From Cyclobacteriaceae bacterium (GTDB taxonomy: Bacteria > Bacteroidota > Bacteroidia > Cytophagales > Cyclobacteriaceae): a stretch of DNA of 64,000 nt. The notes under the pieces are model-generated. The model made no database searches and was not told the DNA's origin. It saw only the letters and a program-made list of their open reading frames with translations. Positions within the stretch are counted from its first letter, which is position 1, and each line of letters starts with the position of its first letter. Positions 18,463 to 27,181 of this stretch are shown here, piece by piece. Position numbers and translations under genes: made by a program. The stretch spans positions 43,658-107,657 of the forward strand of contig JBIKRT010000004.1 of assembly GCA_044349005.1 (NCBI GenBank), given 5' to 3'.

Positions 18463-18546
18463 ACTATCTATTACCCGCTAGTTTGTTCATTTCTAGTAGG
18501 TTGTTTTCTGCAAAGTATTTTTATATTTACAAATTATACTTATAAA

Positions 18547-18780
18547 ATGGCAACATTTACCAGCACCCTTCCCGATAATCTGCTTCGACAGTTGACTGAA
18601 AAAGCCAAAGCCCTCTCCATGCCAAAAAACAAATTGATAGAGATTGCACTGAAGCTTTACCTTCAACATCTTGAGAAGGCGGAGTATATCAAATCGTATC
18701 AGCAGGCATCAGACGACAAAGATATTTTGCTGATAGCCGAAGAGGGTATGGAAGATTATTTTACGCAAATAAAAAAATGA
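18547..18780 (+). CDS. Ribbon-helix-helix antitoxin (MazE/CopG-like)
   Basis: 77 aa. N-terminal RHH-like TSTLPDNLLRQLTEKAKALSMPKNKLIEIALKLYL. 4-nt overlap with the mazF-like gene. Confidence 0.6.
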   Translation: MATFTSTLPDNLLRQLTEKAKALSMPKNKLIEIALKLYLQHLEKAEYIKSYQQASDDKDILLIAEEGMEDYFTQIKK

Positions 18781-19109
18781 GGCAGGGGGAGATTTGGTAT
18801 GCCGACCTTAACCCAACGAAAGGGAGCGAGCAGGCTGGTCTACGCCCAGTGGCGGTGGTGAGCGGAAACATGCTAAATCAACACCTCCCTATTGTTATTG
18901 TAATTCCTCTCACCACTAAAATTAAAGAGTACAAAGGGAATCCTATTCTAATGCCAACACAAGCCAACGGATTACCGAGCAAATCTGAGATGCTAGTATT
19001 TCATATACGATCGGTTTCGAAAGAACGATTGGTGAGAAAACTAGGTAGCATAGAAACTAGCGAACTTGACCGCGTAGTGAAGACGTTGAATGATATTTTA
19101 AAGTATTAA
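18777..19109 (+). CDS. mazF: MazF/PemK-family type II toxin endoribonuclease
   Basis: RQGEIWYADLNPTKGSEQAGLRPVAVVS...VIPLTT is the canonical PemK/MazF signature. Confidence 0.85.
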   Translation: MRQGEIWYADLNPTKGSEQAGLRPVAVVSGNMLNQHLPIVIVIPLTTKIKEYKGNPILMPTQANGLPSKSEMLVFHIRSVSKERLVRKLGSIETSELDRVVKTLNDILKY

Positions 19110-19242
19110 GGACGCAGTCATCAAGCTAACGAAACGATTGGTACGATAAACTACAACACAATTCGTTCTCCTTCGTTTACCCCCACCATTGACTCTCGAG
19201 TTATTTCCTTATTTTCGCAACCTAATTTGCCTTATTAAATTT

Positions 19243-22242
19243 ATGAATTTCCAAAAGACGAATAACCTGGTAGGGTGGGTAGCCTTCGCCATCGCACTTA
19301 TTACCTATTGGTTCACCTTTGAAGAAACTGCCAGCTATTGGGACTGCGGTGAGTTTATTGCCGTGGCATATAAATTGGAGGTTTCGCATCCGCCTGGCGC
19401 ACCCTTGCAAATGTTGTTGGGCCGAATGTTTTCATTCCTAGCTTTTGGCGATGTTACCAAAGTAGCCTATTGGGTAAATTTCTTAAGTGTGGTGGGCAGT
19501 GCCTTCACCATCCTATTCTTGTTTTGGTCCATCACCCTTTTTGGACGCAAAATGCTGGGTGTAGCGAAAGTTCAAGACCTTAAAACAGACCAAATTTGGG
19601 TGTTAATGGGCGCTGGCTTAGTGGGCTCACTCGCCTATACATTTTCTGATTCCTTTTGGTTTTCCGCTGTGGAAGCCGAGGTGTATGCTATGTCGTCTTT
19701 CTTCACCGCATTTGTTGTGTGGGCTATTTTAAAGTGGGAAGTGATAGAGGATGAATCAGCCGCCAACCGATGGTTGATCTTTACGGCCTATATGATTGGC
19801 CTTTCCATTGGTATTCACTTATTGAATCTGGTGGCGTTGCCAGCTTTAGGCTTGATCTATTATTTCAAAAAATATAAGACCACCCAATGGGGCGTTATCG
19901 CAGCGCTTGCCATTAGCGTAGGGCTAGTATTGTTTATCAACGATTTTATTATTCCCGGTTTGCCTACCCTTGCGGGGAATTTTGAGGTAGTGTTTGTGAA
20001 CACGCTTGGTTTACCTTTCGGCTCTGGTGCTATTACGTTTACTTTTTTGCTGATCGCTATTTTGGTTTGGAGTATTATGTACACCCAAAAGAAACAGAAA
20101 GTGCTGCTCAACACCTTTGTACTTTCAACCACGTTCATTTTGATCGGCTACTGTTCTTATGCTACTATCGTTATTCGCTCGAACTACTCAACGCCCATTA
20201 ACGAAAACGCCCCTAAAGATGTAATGAGCTTTGTGAAGTATTTAAAGCGCGAGCAATACGGAAGCAGACCTTTATTGTTTGGTCCTTACTTTACAGCTAG
20301 GCCTATCGGTGTCAAATACGGAGCCAACGTTTATATTAAAGGCAAAGACAAATATGAAATTTCTGAACGGAAGTTTGAGTATGAATATGAACCAGGTGAT
20401 GCCGTGTTGTTACCACGTGCGTGGAGTTCAGATTATGCTGACTCTTATCGTAGAATTATTGGGCTAAAAGAAGGCGAGAAACCCACTTACGGCCAAAACT
20501 TGTACTATATGTTTAAGCATCAAATAGGCACCATGTACATGCGCTATTTTATGTGGAACTATGCAGGTCGCCAAAGCGATGAACAAGGTGCCGATTGGCT
20601 CGGCCCCAACGAGTGGTTTAAAAAAGTTCCGTATGCGCTGGCCAGCAATAAGGCACGCAACAACTACTTTATGATTCCTTTTGTGTTGGGTTTGATAGGC
20701 ATGTTCTATCAGTTTATGAAAGACACGAAGAATTTTTCGGTTGTTGCATTGTTGTTTGTAATGCTGGGCGTTGCCATTGTGGTTTATCTAAACTCGCCCC
20801 CTGATGAACCCCGCGAACGCGACTATATTTATGCGGGCTCCACCTACGCTTATGCCTTTTGGATTGGCTTTGCCGTGCTGGCTGTGGCTGAAGTTGTCAA
20901 CAAGATCACCAAAAATCTGAAGACGGCTGCTGTGGTTGCTACACTGGTTTGTTTATCGGCTCCAGCCATAATGGCGTCTCAAAATTGGGACGACCACAAC
21001 CGGTCAGACCGTTTTTTCTCTGTTGACTCTGGCAAAAACTATCTGGCTTCGTGTGCGCCCAATTCAATCCTCTTTACAGGTGGCGATAATGACACCTTCA
21101 TGTTGTGGTATGCCCAAGAAGTGGAAGGATTCCGCACCGATGTGCGTGTAGTGGTGCTTAGCTACTATAATACCGATTGGTACATAGAACAAACAATGAG
21201 AAAAGCATATGAATCGGAGCCGCTTCCGTATACACTTACGCTAAAAGATTATCAGCAAGGTGGCCCGAATGATTACTTGCGTTACTCCGACTTAAAAATC
21301 AAGAGTATTGACTTAAAGCAATACATTGGGTTGTTAGGCAAAAACTATCAGCAACTTCGCTACGATGATTCCAACATTGTGCCTAGCAAATTACTTACGC
21401 TGGAAGTAAACAAGGAGGACGTGTTGAAAATGGGAATTATCCCGAAAGGGTATGATAGCTTGGCGGTGGATCAAATGCAGATAAGAATGACCAAAAGTGT
21501 GTTGGAGAAAAAAGACTTAGCGATACTTGATGTTATTGCCACCAATAATTGGGAACGCCCCATCTATTTCAACAACACCTCAAAGTCGCAAATCAATTTT
21601 GATATTGAGAAATACTTAGTGCAAGAAGGAAATGCCTATCGCTTGTTGCCTATGAAGCGACCTGCTTCTGACAAAGAAGATTTTGTGAATACGGAGGTGG
21701 CTTACAAAAACATGATCGAAAACTTTAGCTATCGCGGACTCGACAACGATAAACTTTACTTTACGGACGATTACAAAATGTTTGTGCTCAATCATCGGAG
21801 TAGCCTGAATGCATTGGCCGGAGCCCTGATAGATGAAGATTCTATCGAAAAAAATTCTAGAACCGAAACCATTACCATCGAGGGCACCAAAGAGAACAAA
21901 TTGGAGAAGGCCAGAAAAGTGTTGTTGTTTTCGATAGAGAAAATGCCGGGCAAGGCAATTCCCTACGATGTGACTACACCTGCTACTATCGAGATGTTGT
22001 TTAAGGTGGGTGAGAAAGCGAAGGCAATTGAAGTGATAAACCAAATGGCCGCTAATGCCGATGAAATGGCAGGGTACCTGATAAAAGAAGGAGGTATAAC
22101 ACGCGACCTTCGAATAAATTTATACATACTCGGTGAGTTATACCGCATTCTTTACGCCAATGGCGAAGATGAATTGGGCAAGAAAATAGAAGCCATGTAT
22201 GAAAAGCATTTCAATGCCCTGCAAGGAGCGAGGGGCTTTTAA
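19243..22242 (+). CDS. DUF2723-family large membrane protein (putative glycosyltransferase-like)
   Basis: The N-terminal half is multi-pass and carries ETASYWDCGEFIAVAYKLEVSHPPGAPL, typical of DUF2723. Large soluble C-terminal half. I prefer the ATG at 19243 to the TTG at 19189. Confidence 0.7.
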   Translation: MNFQKTNNLVGWVAFAIALITYWFTFEETASYWDCGEFIAVAYKLEVSHPPGAPLQMLLGRMFSFLAFGDVTKVAYWVNFLSVVGSAFTILFLFWSITLFGRKMLGVAKVQDLKTDQIWVLMGAGLVGSLAYTFSDSFWFSAVEAEVYAMSSFFTAFVVWAILKWEVIEDESAANRWLIFTAYMIGLSIGIHLLNLVALPALGLIYYFKKYKTTQWGVIAALAISVGLVLFINDFIIPGLPTLAGNFEVVFVNTLGLPFGSGAITFTFLLIAILVWSIMYTQKKQKVLLNTFVLSTTFILIGYCSYATIVIRSNYSTPINENAPKDVMSFVKYLKREQYGSRPLLFGPYFTARPIGVKYGANVYIKGKDKYEISERKFEYEYEPGDAVLLPRAWSSDYADSYRRIIGLKEGEKPTYGQNLYYMFKHQIGTMYMRYFMWNYAGRQSDEQGADWLGPNEWFKKVPYALASNKARNNYFMIPFVLGLIGMFYQFMKDTKNFSVVALLFVMLGVAIVVYLNSPPDEPRERDYIYAGSTYAYAFWIGFAVLAVAEVVNKITKNLKTAAVVATLVCLSAPAIMASQNWDDHNRSDRFFSVDSGKNYLASCAPNSILFTGGDNDTFMLWYAQEVEGFRTDVRVVVLSYYNTDWYIEQTMRKAYESEPLPYTLTLKDYQQGGPNDYLRYSDLKIKSIDLKQYIGLLGKNYQQLRYDDSNIVPSKLLTLEVNKEDVLKMGIIPKGYDSLAVDQMQIRMTKSVLEKKDLAILDVIATNNWERPIYFNNTSKSQINFDIEKYLVQEGNAYRLLPMKRPASDKEDFVNTEVAYKNMIENFSYRGLDNDKLYFTDDYKMFVLNHRSSLNALAGALIDEDSIEKNSRTETITIEGTKENKLEKARKVLLFSIEKMPGKAIPYDVTTPATIEMLFKVGEKAKAIEVINQMAANADEMAGYLIKEGGITRDLRINLYILGELYRILYANGEDELGKKIEAMYEKHFNALQGARGF

Positions 22243-22269
22243 TAAGCCAGGGCGCTCACTTTTAATGTA

Positions 22270-22307
22270 AACAAAATAGCCCAAGCAACTGCTTGGGCTA
22301 TTTTGTT
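22270..22307. terminator. Bidirectional terminator hairpin between convergent genes
   Basis: Perfect 17-bp stem (22270-22286 aacaaaatagcccaagc / 22291-22307 gcttgggctattttgtt) with loop aact. The A/T runs are part of the stem arms. Confidence 0.7.
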
Positions 22308-22326
22308 GTTGAGCTAGAACGATAAA

Positions 22327-24780
22327 CTAACTTCCACAAGCTTCACACGCATCTGGGTTATCCAGCGAGCAGGCCATATCAGATAGTTTTTGATCATAAT
22401 CTGACAAAGAATTTTGCGCGTAAGCAATTGTCTGTTGCGCCTCAGCAACAACAGGTATCTGAATGGAAGGTATTTCAGGAGCAACTTCTGATTCAGCAGG
22501 TTGCTGCATAGCATTTTTATCAAGTGTAAACTTGATGGCGTCAGCGGCAGCAGTCGACCTCAAATAATACATACCCGTCTTCAACCCCTTTTTCCAGGCA
22601 TAAAAATGCATGGAGGTAAGCTTGCCAAAGTTTGGATTCGTAATGTGGATATTCAAACTCTGTGATTGACAGATGAAGGCACCACGATCGGCAGACATAT
22701 CAATGATCGCCTTTTGAGAAATTTCCCAAACAGTTTTGTAGATATCTTTTAAATGCTGTGGTATTTCGGGAATCGGTTGAACAGAGCCATTGGTTGAGAT
22801 CAATTTCTGTCTCATGTTATCGCTCCATAGACCAAGGCTTATTAAATCCTTCATCAAATGTTTGTTAGCGATAATGAATTCGCCCGACAACGTTCTGCGA
22901 GTGTAGATGTTTGAAGTATAAGGTTCGAAACACTCGTTGTTACCTAAAATTTGTGATGTGGAAGCGGTAGGCATAGGTGCTAGCAACAATGAGTTCCTTA
23001 CGCCATGTTGTTTAACTTCACGCTTCAACTTTTCCCAATCCCAACGACCGGAAGATGGAGTAACGCCCCACATATCAAATTGAAAAATACCTTTTGAAAC
23101 AGGCGACCCCTTAAACGTCTCATACGGGCCATGTTCTTTTGAAAGCTCCATGGACGATTCCATCGCAGCGAAATAGATGGTTTCGAATATGTCTTTGTTT
23201 AATCCCCGCGCTTCTGGCGATTCAAACGGCATTCTGAGCAAAATAAAAGCATCGGCCAATCCTTGAACACCAATACCAATAGGGCGATGGCGCATATTGG
23301 AATAGCGTGCTTCTGGAATAGGATAGTAGTTTACGTCAATTACTTTATTAAGATTTCGAGTAACTACTTTGGTGATCTCATATAATTTTTGGTGGTCAAA
23401 CTTGCCATCTTCAGTAACGAATTTTGGCAACGCCAAAGAAGCCAGATTACACACCGCTACCTCGTCTGGCGAGGTAAACTCCATGATCTCTGTGCAGAGA
23501 TTACTTGACTTTATAGTGCCTAAGTTTTTTTGATTTGACTTCTTATTGGCAGCATCTTTATACAATATGTAAGGCGTGCCTGTTTCTATTTGAGCTTCGA
23601 GTATTTCAAACCAGATGTCTTGTGCTTTTACTTGTTTTCTGTATTTGCCTTCGCTTTCATATTTTTCATACAAACGTTCAAATTCTTCACCGTAGCAATC
23701 TGCTAAACCAGGTGCTTCGTTAGGGCAGAAGAGAGACCACATTTCGTTGTTCTCCACGCGCTTCATAAACAAGTCAGAAATCCAGATAGCATAGAAAAGG
23801 TCGCGTGCGCGCATTTCTTCTTTCCCATGATTTTTCTTCAAATCAAGGAATTCGAAAATATCAGCATGCCAAGGTTCTAAGTAGATAGCGAAACTTCCTT
23901 TGCGCTTTCCACCCCCTTGATCGACATAGCGGGCGGTCATATCAAAATTGCGGAGCATCGGCACAATGCCATTAGATGTTCCGCCTGTTCCCTTAATATA
24001 AGATCCTTTAGCCCTTACATTGTGTATGCTAAGACCAATTCCACCGGCTGATTGAGAAATTTTAGCGCAATTTTTTAGCGTATCGTAAATGCCATCAATA
24101 CTATCATCCTTCATGGTCAATAAGAAACAGGAAGAAAGTTGTGGTTTGGGCGTGCCAGCATTGAATAGCGTAGGGGTGGCATGCGTAAACCATTTTTCGG
24201 AAAGTAGATTGTAGGTTTCAATGGCTGCGGGAATATCTTCACCATGAATGCCCACGGCCACTCTCATTAATAAATGTTGAGGACGTTCGACCACTTTACC
24301 GTCCACTTTCATTAAATAAGATCGCTCCAGTGTTTTGAATCCAAAATAATCGTAAGCAAAATCTCGATCATAGATAATTGCCTCATCTAATTCAGCGGCA
24401 TTGTCTTTCACCACTTTCCAAGTTTCTTTGGAGATAAGAGGTGCGTTTTGGCCTGTTTTTGGATCCACATACGTGTAAAGCCTTTTCATTGTATTGCTGA
24501 AAGACTTACTGGTAACTTTATGGAGATTGGAAACCGCTATGCGAGCAGCGAGTTTTGCAAAGTCTGGATGTTTTGTGGTTAACGTTGCGGCTATTTCAGC
24601 GGCTAGGTTGTCAAGCTCAATGGTGGATACGCCATCATAAAGGCCGTTGATTACCTTCATCGCAACCTCTACTGGGTTTACGAATTTGGAATCTAGTCCG
24701 TAGCAGAGTTTTTCAACTCTGGCTGTGATCTTGTCGAACTTAACAGACTCTCGGTGTCCATCGCGTTTGATTACGAGCAT
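22327..24780 (-). CDS. nrdA: Ribonucleoside-diphosphate reductase, alpha subunit (class Ia)
   Basis: ATP-cone N-terminus ([16 protein letters not shown]), active-site NLCTEI and a C-terminal CxxC tail (ACEACGS). Confidence 0.95.
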   Translation of the reverse strand: MLVIKRDGHRESVKFDKITARVEKLCYGLDSKFVNPVEVAMKVINGLYDGVSTIELDNLAAEIAATLTTKHPDFAKLAARIAVSNLHKVTSKSFSNTMKRLYTYVDPKTGQNAPLISKETWKVVKDNAAELDEAIIYDRDFAYDYFGFKTLERSYLMKVDGKVVERPQHLLMRVAVGIHGEDIPAAIETYNLLSEKWFTHATPTLFNAGTPKPQLSSCFLLTMKDDSIDGIYDTLKNCAKISQSAGGIGLSIHNVRAKGSYIKGTGGTSNGIVPMLRNFDMTARYVDQGGGKRKGSFAIYLEPWHADIFEFLDLKKNHGKEEMRARDLFYAIWISDLFMKRVENNEMWSLFCPNEAPGLADCYGEEFERLYEKYESEGKYRKQVKAQDIWFEILEAQIETGTPYILYKDAANKKSNQKNLGTIKSSNLCTEIMEFTSPDEVAVCNLASLALPKFVTEDGKFDHQKLYEITKVVTRNLNKVIDVNYYPIPEARYSNMRHRPIGIGVQGLADAFILLRMPFESPEARGLNKDIFETIYFAAMESSMELSKEHGPYETFKGSPVSKGIFQFDMWGVTPSSGRWDWEKLKREVKQHGVRNSLLLAPMPTASTSQILGNNECFEPYTSNIYTRRTLSGEFIIANKHLMKDLISLGLWSDNMRQKLISTNGSVQPIPEIPQHLKDIYKTVWEISQKAIIDMSADRGAFICQSQSLNIHITNPNFGKLTSMHFYAWKKGLKTGMYYLRSTAAADAIKFTLDKNAMQQPAESEVAPEIPSIQIPVVAEAQQTIAYAQNSLSDYDQKLSDMACSLDNPDACEACGS

Positions 24781-24833
24781 GTGGGTAGGGTGTTTGGTGT
24801 TAAGAAAAAGTTTAAAAAATGTGATCGAATGTA

Positions 24834-25823
24834 TTAAAAATCCTCGTTCAATGAAAATTTCGGAGTGATTTCTTTTTCCGTACTTTTCATTACTCCAGCT
24901 TTTTGGTACTCAGCAACTCTTTTCTCAAAAAAGTTCGTTTTGCCCCGCAAAGAAATCATTTCCATAAAATCAAAAGGATTAGTGGTGTTATACACTTTTG
25001 TACCAGTTAACTCATCTAATAATCGATCCGCCACAAACTCAATATATTGGCACATAAGGGCAGCATTCATTCCAATTAAATTAACAGGCAACGAGTCGGT
25101 CACAAATTCCTTTTCGATCTCTACCGCGTCTTTAATGATCCCCACTACCGTTTCAACCGGAAGTTTATTATTTATATGCTGAGTATATAAATGACAGGCA
25201 AAATCGCAATGTAATCCCTCATCTCGCGAGATCAATTCATTGGAGAAGGTGAGCCCTGGCATTAATCCTCTTTTCTTTAGCCAGAAAATGGAGCAAAAGG
25301 ATCCTGAGAAGAAAATTCCCTCCACTGCTGCAAACGCTATTAAGCGCTCTTGAAAATTGCCGTTGTCTATCCAGCGAAGCGCCCACTCAGCCTTTTTCTT
25401 AACACAGTCCATCGTTTCAATGGCATGAAGAAGCTTATCCTTTTCTTGCGGGTTCTTTACGTAGGTATCTATTAATAAGGAGTAAGTTTCGGAATGCACA
25501 TTTTCCATGGCAATTTGAAAGCCATAAAAGAACTTCGCTTCGGTGTATTGAACTTCACCCACAAAATGTTCCGCTAGATTCTCGTTTACGATGCCATCGC
25601 TGGCCGCGAAAAAAGCCAACACGTGAGTAATAAAATGACGCTCACCATCATTGAGATTTTCCCAATCCCTAAGATCTTGGCTTAAGTCTATTTCTTCAGC
25701 TGTCCAAAAACTTGCTTCGGCTTGTTTATAATACTTCCAGATGTCATGGTGGACAATCGGAAAAAGAACAAAACGGTCTTTGTTTTCTGTTAGAATCAAC
25801 TCATTGGTAAGCATTTTATTCAT
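24834..25823 (-). CDS. nrdB: Ribonucleoside-diphosphate reductase, beta subunit (R2)
   Basis: Di-iron/tyrosyl motifs: [34 protein letters not shown]. Confidence 0.95.
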   Translation of the reverse strand: MNKMLTNELILTENKDRFVLFPIVHHDIWKYYKQAEASFWTAEEIDLSQDLRDWENLNDGERHFITHVLAFFAASDGIVNENLAEHFVGEVQYTEAKFFYGFQIAMENVHSETYSLLIDTYVKNPQEKDKLLHAIETMDCVKKKAEWALRWIDNGNFQERLIAFAAVEGIFFSGSFCSIFWLKKRGLMPGLTFSNELISRDEGLHCDFACHLYTQHINNKLPVETVVGIIKDAVEIEKEFVTDSLPVNLIGMNAALMCQYIEFVADRLLDELTGTKVYNTTNPFDFMEMISLRGKTNFFEKRVAEYQKAGVMKSTEKEITPKFSLNEDF

Positions 25824-26231
25824 AGTTACTCATTTAAAAAAATAACAATGATATAACCCGTTGGTTACGTCACTTTCGTTTTTCGTCAAAATTTACTGAT
25901 ATCTCGCGGCAAAAGAGGAAATACACATTCTACCTAGCAAGACAGCAAAGATTCTAAACAATGATCAAATTAAAAACTGGTAACATTGGTTCTAAACCTT
26001 ACTCGTTTATGTACTTCGCTGTATAAGTAATTGGTAAATAGGCTTGTTGCTTTTGCTATCGAATGAAAAGCCTTAATTAAAAGAAATTAACTTTTTTTTC
26101 GCTTGATTATAGAACTCATTTTTTAAGCTTTTTTGAGGGTAGCCCGTTATCAGAGAAATTTCTTGAGACGTCCCGGAGTGAAATGATCATCCCATTTTCT
26201 CAGAAAACTTTGGAAGTTTGATCTGTAACCC

Positions 26232-26256
26232 TATCTTTGCACTCCATTTTAAAAAA
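26232..26256 (+). promoter_or_regulatory. Promoter -7 box plus conserved leader of rplU
   Basis: TATCTTTGCACTCCATTTTAAAAAA. It contains TAnnTTTG (26232-26239), 33 nt before the ATG. Nearly identical to the rplS upstream motif. Confidence 0.6.
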
Positions 26257-26264
26257 GCTGAATC

Positions 26265-26576
26265 ATGTACGCAATAGTTGACATCGCAGGGAAACAATAC
26301 AAAGTAACTAAAGACCAGTACGTTTACGCGCCTAAATTGGACGCAGAAGAAGGTGCAACGCTTGAGTTTAAAAATGTTTTGTTGATCGATAATGACTCTT
26401 CAATAGCTATTGGAACGCCCACTATTGCGGGTGCAACTATTTCAGGAAAAGTATTAGAGCACGTAAAAGGTGATAAATTAGTGGTCTTTAAAAAGAAGAG
26501 ACGTAAAGGCTATGCTAAAAGAAATGGCCACCGCCAGCAGTTTACCAAAGTAATGATCGAAGATATAGTTGGGTAA
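26265..26576 (+). CDS. rplU: 50S ribosomal protein L21
   Basis: MYAIVDIAGKQYKV...KKRRKGYAKRNGHRQ. Confidence 0.95.
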   Translation: MYAIVDIAGKQYKVTKDQYVYAPKLDAEEGATLEFKNVLLIDNDSSIAIGTPTIAGATISGKVLEHVKGDKLVVFKKKRRKGYAKRNGHRQQFTKVMIEDIVG

Positions 26577-26612
26577 AAATTATAGTTAATCATCAAATTT
26601 TCAAATTAAGTT

Positions 26613-26870
26613 ATGGCACATAAGAAAGGCGAAGGTAAAGTAAAGAATGGTCGCGAATCGGAAAGCAAAAGACTGGGAATAAAGGTATTTGGAGGGCAGA
26701 AAGTTATCGCTGGCAACATCATAGTACGCCAGCGTGGCACAAGGCACAACCCAGGTAAAAACGTAGGAATAGGTAAAGATCATACATTATTTGCATTGTC
26801 AAATGGTGTTGTTGTTTTCAAAAAGAAAAAAGCAAACAAGTCCTTTGTTTCTGTTGAAGCGGTAGCATAG
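26613..26870 (+). CDS. rpmA: 50S ribosomal protein L27
   Basis: [29 protein letters not shown]...IIVRQRGT. Confidence 0.95.
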   Translation: MAHKKGEGKVKNGRESESKRLGIKVFGGQKVIAGNIIVRQRGTRHNPGKNVGIGKDHTLFALSNGVVVFKKKKANKSFVSVEAVA

Positions 26871-26891
26871 CATCTGATAAATCATTTTTCG

Positions 26892-26927
26892 AAAAAGCTC
26901 CTCAGTAAAAACTGAGGAGCTTTTTTC
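26892..26927 (+). terminator. Rho-independent terminator after rpmA
   Basis: Stem aaaaagctcctcag (26892-26905) / ctgaggagcttttt (26912-26925), followed by a T-run. Confidence 0.8.
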
Positions 26928-26955
26928 ATTTTTAAGCCAACCGTTCGTGAAAGAA

Positions 26956-26983
26956 GTAATGCTATTAAATAAAATAGCATTAC
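26956..26983. other. Perfect 11-bp inverted repeat (hairpin or operator)
   Basis: gtaatgctatt (26956-26966), loop aaataa, aatagcattac (26973-26983). There is no adjacent T-run on the plus strand. Confidence 0.5.
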
Positions 26984-27099
26984 CCTATAAAATTCATAGT
27001 CATTTTGCCCGCAAACGATAGCATATTCTGTTTCAAGCCATTTTGATAGGTATTTACCTTAATTCTTCTTCTAATTGACAGTTGGACAAAATAATATTT

Positions 27100-27141
27100 T
27101 TAACAATTTCTTATCACAACGTTATCAAATTAACAATTTCT
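27100..27141 (+). promoter_or_regulatory. 12-nt direct repeat TTAACAATTTCT x2 (30-nt period) upstream of the SusC-like gene
   Basis: 27100-27111 and 27130-27141 are identical. TTATCA is also repeated between them. A -7-like TTACTTTG box follows at 27144-27151. Confidence 0.45.
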
Positions 27142-27181
27142 CCTTACTTTGGCACTCTATTTTTAACCTAAACCTAAACGT

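Noticed and set aside
19189-19242. N-terminal extensions from non-ATG starts in the ORF track (19189, 45462, 47954, 52641, 62314) and the upstream ATG at 14797
   Set aside because: Internal ATGs give N-termini that match family expectations or signal peptides. In three cases an exact TAnnTTTG promoter box lies inside the extension (45407-45414, 47998-48005, 62309-62316).
21616-22148. 142-aa and 61-aa ORFs antisense to the DUF2723 gene
   Set aside because: They are embedded in a long, motif-supported sense ORF. They have no signal, motif or promoter box of their own. They are most likely chance open frames.
25824-26264. 441-nt intergenic region between nrdB and rplU, examined for a riboswitch, NrdR boxes, an r-protein leader or a small gene
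   Set aside because: I found only a 10-bp palindrome (AGAAATTTCT, 26154-26163), 21-24 codon ORFs without support, and the rplU promoter motif. There is no convincing conserved-looking structure. The question cannot be decided without Infernal/Rfam and comparative data.
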